DNA of 64,000 bases from a bacterium (GTDB lineage: Bacteria; UBA8248), in assembly GCA_965213685.1 (NCBI GenBank), contig CBDBZY010000003.1, forward strand, positions 32,001 through 96,000, read 5' to 3'. Of this stretch, positions 62,754 through 64,000 are shown piece by piece. Each line of letters opens with the position of its first letter. The first letter of the stretch is position 1. The notes under the pieces are model-generated. The model worked only from the letters and a program-made list of their open reading frames with translations. It did no database searches and was not told the origin of the DNA. The translations under genes were made by a program, and so were the position numbers.

Positions 62754-64000
62754 GTGGTTCTTTTGGCGAACGCAATCGATCAGGAGGCGACGCGCGCCAA
62801 GCTCCTCTTCGTCGGGAGTCTGACGCCGGGCAGGGAGAGCATGCTCGGCGGCCTGCGGAACATCGGGATGGAGGCGCTTCATTTCCCGAATCTTTCCCGG
62901 GGGCGCGGGCGCATGGATTGGTGCGATTTCGTTCTCTACGCGGCGGCCGGTCGCGCCGACATGTCCCCGATGCGGAGGGTCGGCGAGAGGGGCAAGCCGC
63001 TCGCCGCCGTCCTGCGTCCGCAGGACAAGGGGTTCACGCCCCTGAGCATCGAGTCGGGCGCGCGCGCCGTCTTCGTCGACGAAGTGCACCCCGAGGAGGT
63101 TTTGCAGTTCGCCCGGCGACTGAGCGAGGAGGGCTACCTGCAGAGGGAGCTGCGGTGGCTTCGCACGGAGGCGAGAGAGGAGCACGGCGGGTGGCAGTTC
63201 GTGGGAACGAGCGCGGCGGCGCAGAGGCTTCGGCACTCCATCCAGGAGGCGGGCCAGGCGTTCCGCACCATCCTCCTCGAGGGGGAGAAGGGGCTGAATT
63301 TCCATCGCGTCGCCCGCGCCCTGCATTCCCGGCACCCGGGGGTGCGCCACCCGTTTCTTCACTGGGGGCCGAAAATGCGGCGCGCCCAGGAGATGGGCAG
63401 AGCCATCCAGCGAATCGAGGAGGGGCGCGTCGAGGAGGGCGACATCACCCGGAAAGGGGGGACGCTCTTCGTCGAAGACGCCCAGCTCATCGGCAGAGAC
63501 CACCAGAACGCTCTGGCGAAGGCTCTGTGGAAAAAGGGCGTGTCCGGGGAGTTCCGCCTGATTCTGGGCCGCACCCATGACCCGGAGAGACTGATGCAGG
63601 ACGAGATATCCGAGAGTCTGTATCAAGAGGACTCCACCCGCCTCGTCAAAATTCCGCCGCTGCGCGAGAGGAAAAAGGATATTTCTCTCGTGGTCCAGGG
63701 GGTTCTGGATGAATTCTCGCGGCGGATGGAGCAGCCGAGGAGGCGAATCACGCCGGCGGCGATGAAGTGGTTCTGTGAGCAGAAATGGTGGGGCAACGAA
63801 TCCGAACTCGAGGTTTCCGTATGTCGTGCCTGTCTGGTGAGTGCGGGGGACGCCATTTCGCTCGAGGACCTGAGCGCGTCTCCGGCGCGGAGGAGAACCG
63901 CCGGCATCGAGGGTTTCTTCCGGGACAGGCTCTCCTCGGTGGTGGCCGCCCTGGCCGACGGGGGGGAGAGCGACTTCTACGAACACACCATCCGCAGCGT
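62754..64000 (+). CDS. degenerate sigma54-activator-like (NtrC-family) protein, runs off the window
   Basis: Manual translation: FVGTSAAAQRLRHSIQEAG..TILLEGEKGLNFHRVARALH, GGTLFVED, IPPLRERKKDI, WWGNESELE. Confidence 0.72.
   Translation, partial: MVLLANAIDQEATRAKLLFVGSLTPGRESMLGGLRNIGMEALHFPNLSRGRGRMDWCDFVLYAAAGRADMSPMRRVGERGKPLAAVLRPQDKGFTPLSIESGARAVFVDEVHPEEVLQFARRLSEEGYLQRELRWLRTEAREEHGGWQFVGTSAAAQRLRHSIQEAGQAFRTILLEGEKGLNFHRVARALHSRHPGVRHPFLHWGPKMRRAQEMGRAIQRIEEGRVEEGDITRKGGTLFVEDAQLIGRDHQNALAKALWKKGVSGEFRLILGRTHDPERLMQDEISESLYQEDSTRLVKIPPLRERKKDISLVVQGVLDEFSRRMEQPRRRITPAAMKWFCEQKWWGNESELEVSVCRACLVSAGDAISLEDLSASPARRRTAGIEGFFRDRLSSVVAALADGGESDFYEHTIRS

Noticed and set aside
62315-63580. 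421-aa plus-strand ORF
   Set aside because: Arg/Gly-rich off-frame shadow; the DUF35 and NtrC-like frames explain the region

Overview
High-GC bacterial window with many homopolymer-linked frameshifts in otherwise intact genes, probably from a long-read assembly. The aminotransferase-serA-hisZ-purA order, Tat-exported binding protein and porin suggest a Gram-negative Nitrospinota/Tectomicrobia/delta-like lineage (inference only). In order: (1) a DprE1-like oxidase and DprE2-like SDR bracketing three GT-C-like membrane glycosyltransferases with long poly-G tracts; (2) catabolic genes (FAH, HpcH aldolase, VOC, LLM monooxygenase, quinone reductase), a Usp and a CUT1-type ABC importer; (3) an NHLP-type peptide locus with two divergent double-glycine precursors (one NHLP leader, one short leader, both Cys-free cores containing DRW), a three-gene exporter and no modifying enzyme in the window; (4) a DUF1302-DUF1329-YCF48-MMPL operon; (5) a lower-GC AAA ATPase with an internally deleted DUF4276-like partner; (6) thiC with a TPP riboswitch; (7) a TMTC-like TPR glycosyltransferase, an FG-GAP protein and a porin flanked by two DUF1640/CCDC90-like coiled-coil paralogues, one bounded by a ~36-bp direct repeat; (8) housekeeping genes (serA, hisZ, purA, ccdA, pyrF, tatC, tatB), a DnaQ-GIY-YIG fusion, a PaaK/thiolase/DUF35 module and a degenerate sigma54-type activator. 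Best candidates for new biology: the enzyme-less two-precursor NHLP locus, the possibly phase-variable DprE/GT-C glycosylation array, and the repeat-bounded DUF1640 cassette. All family calls come from motif recognition by eye; no searches were run.
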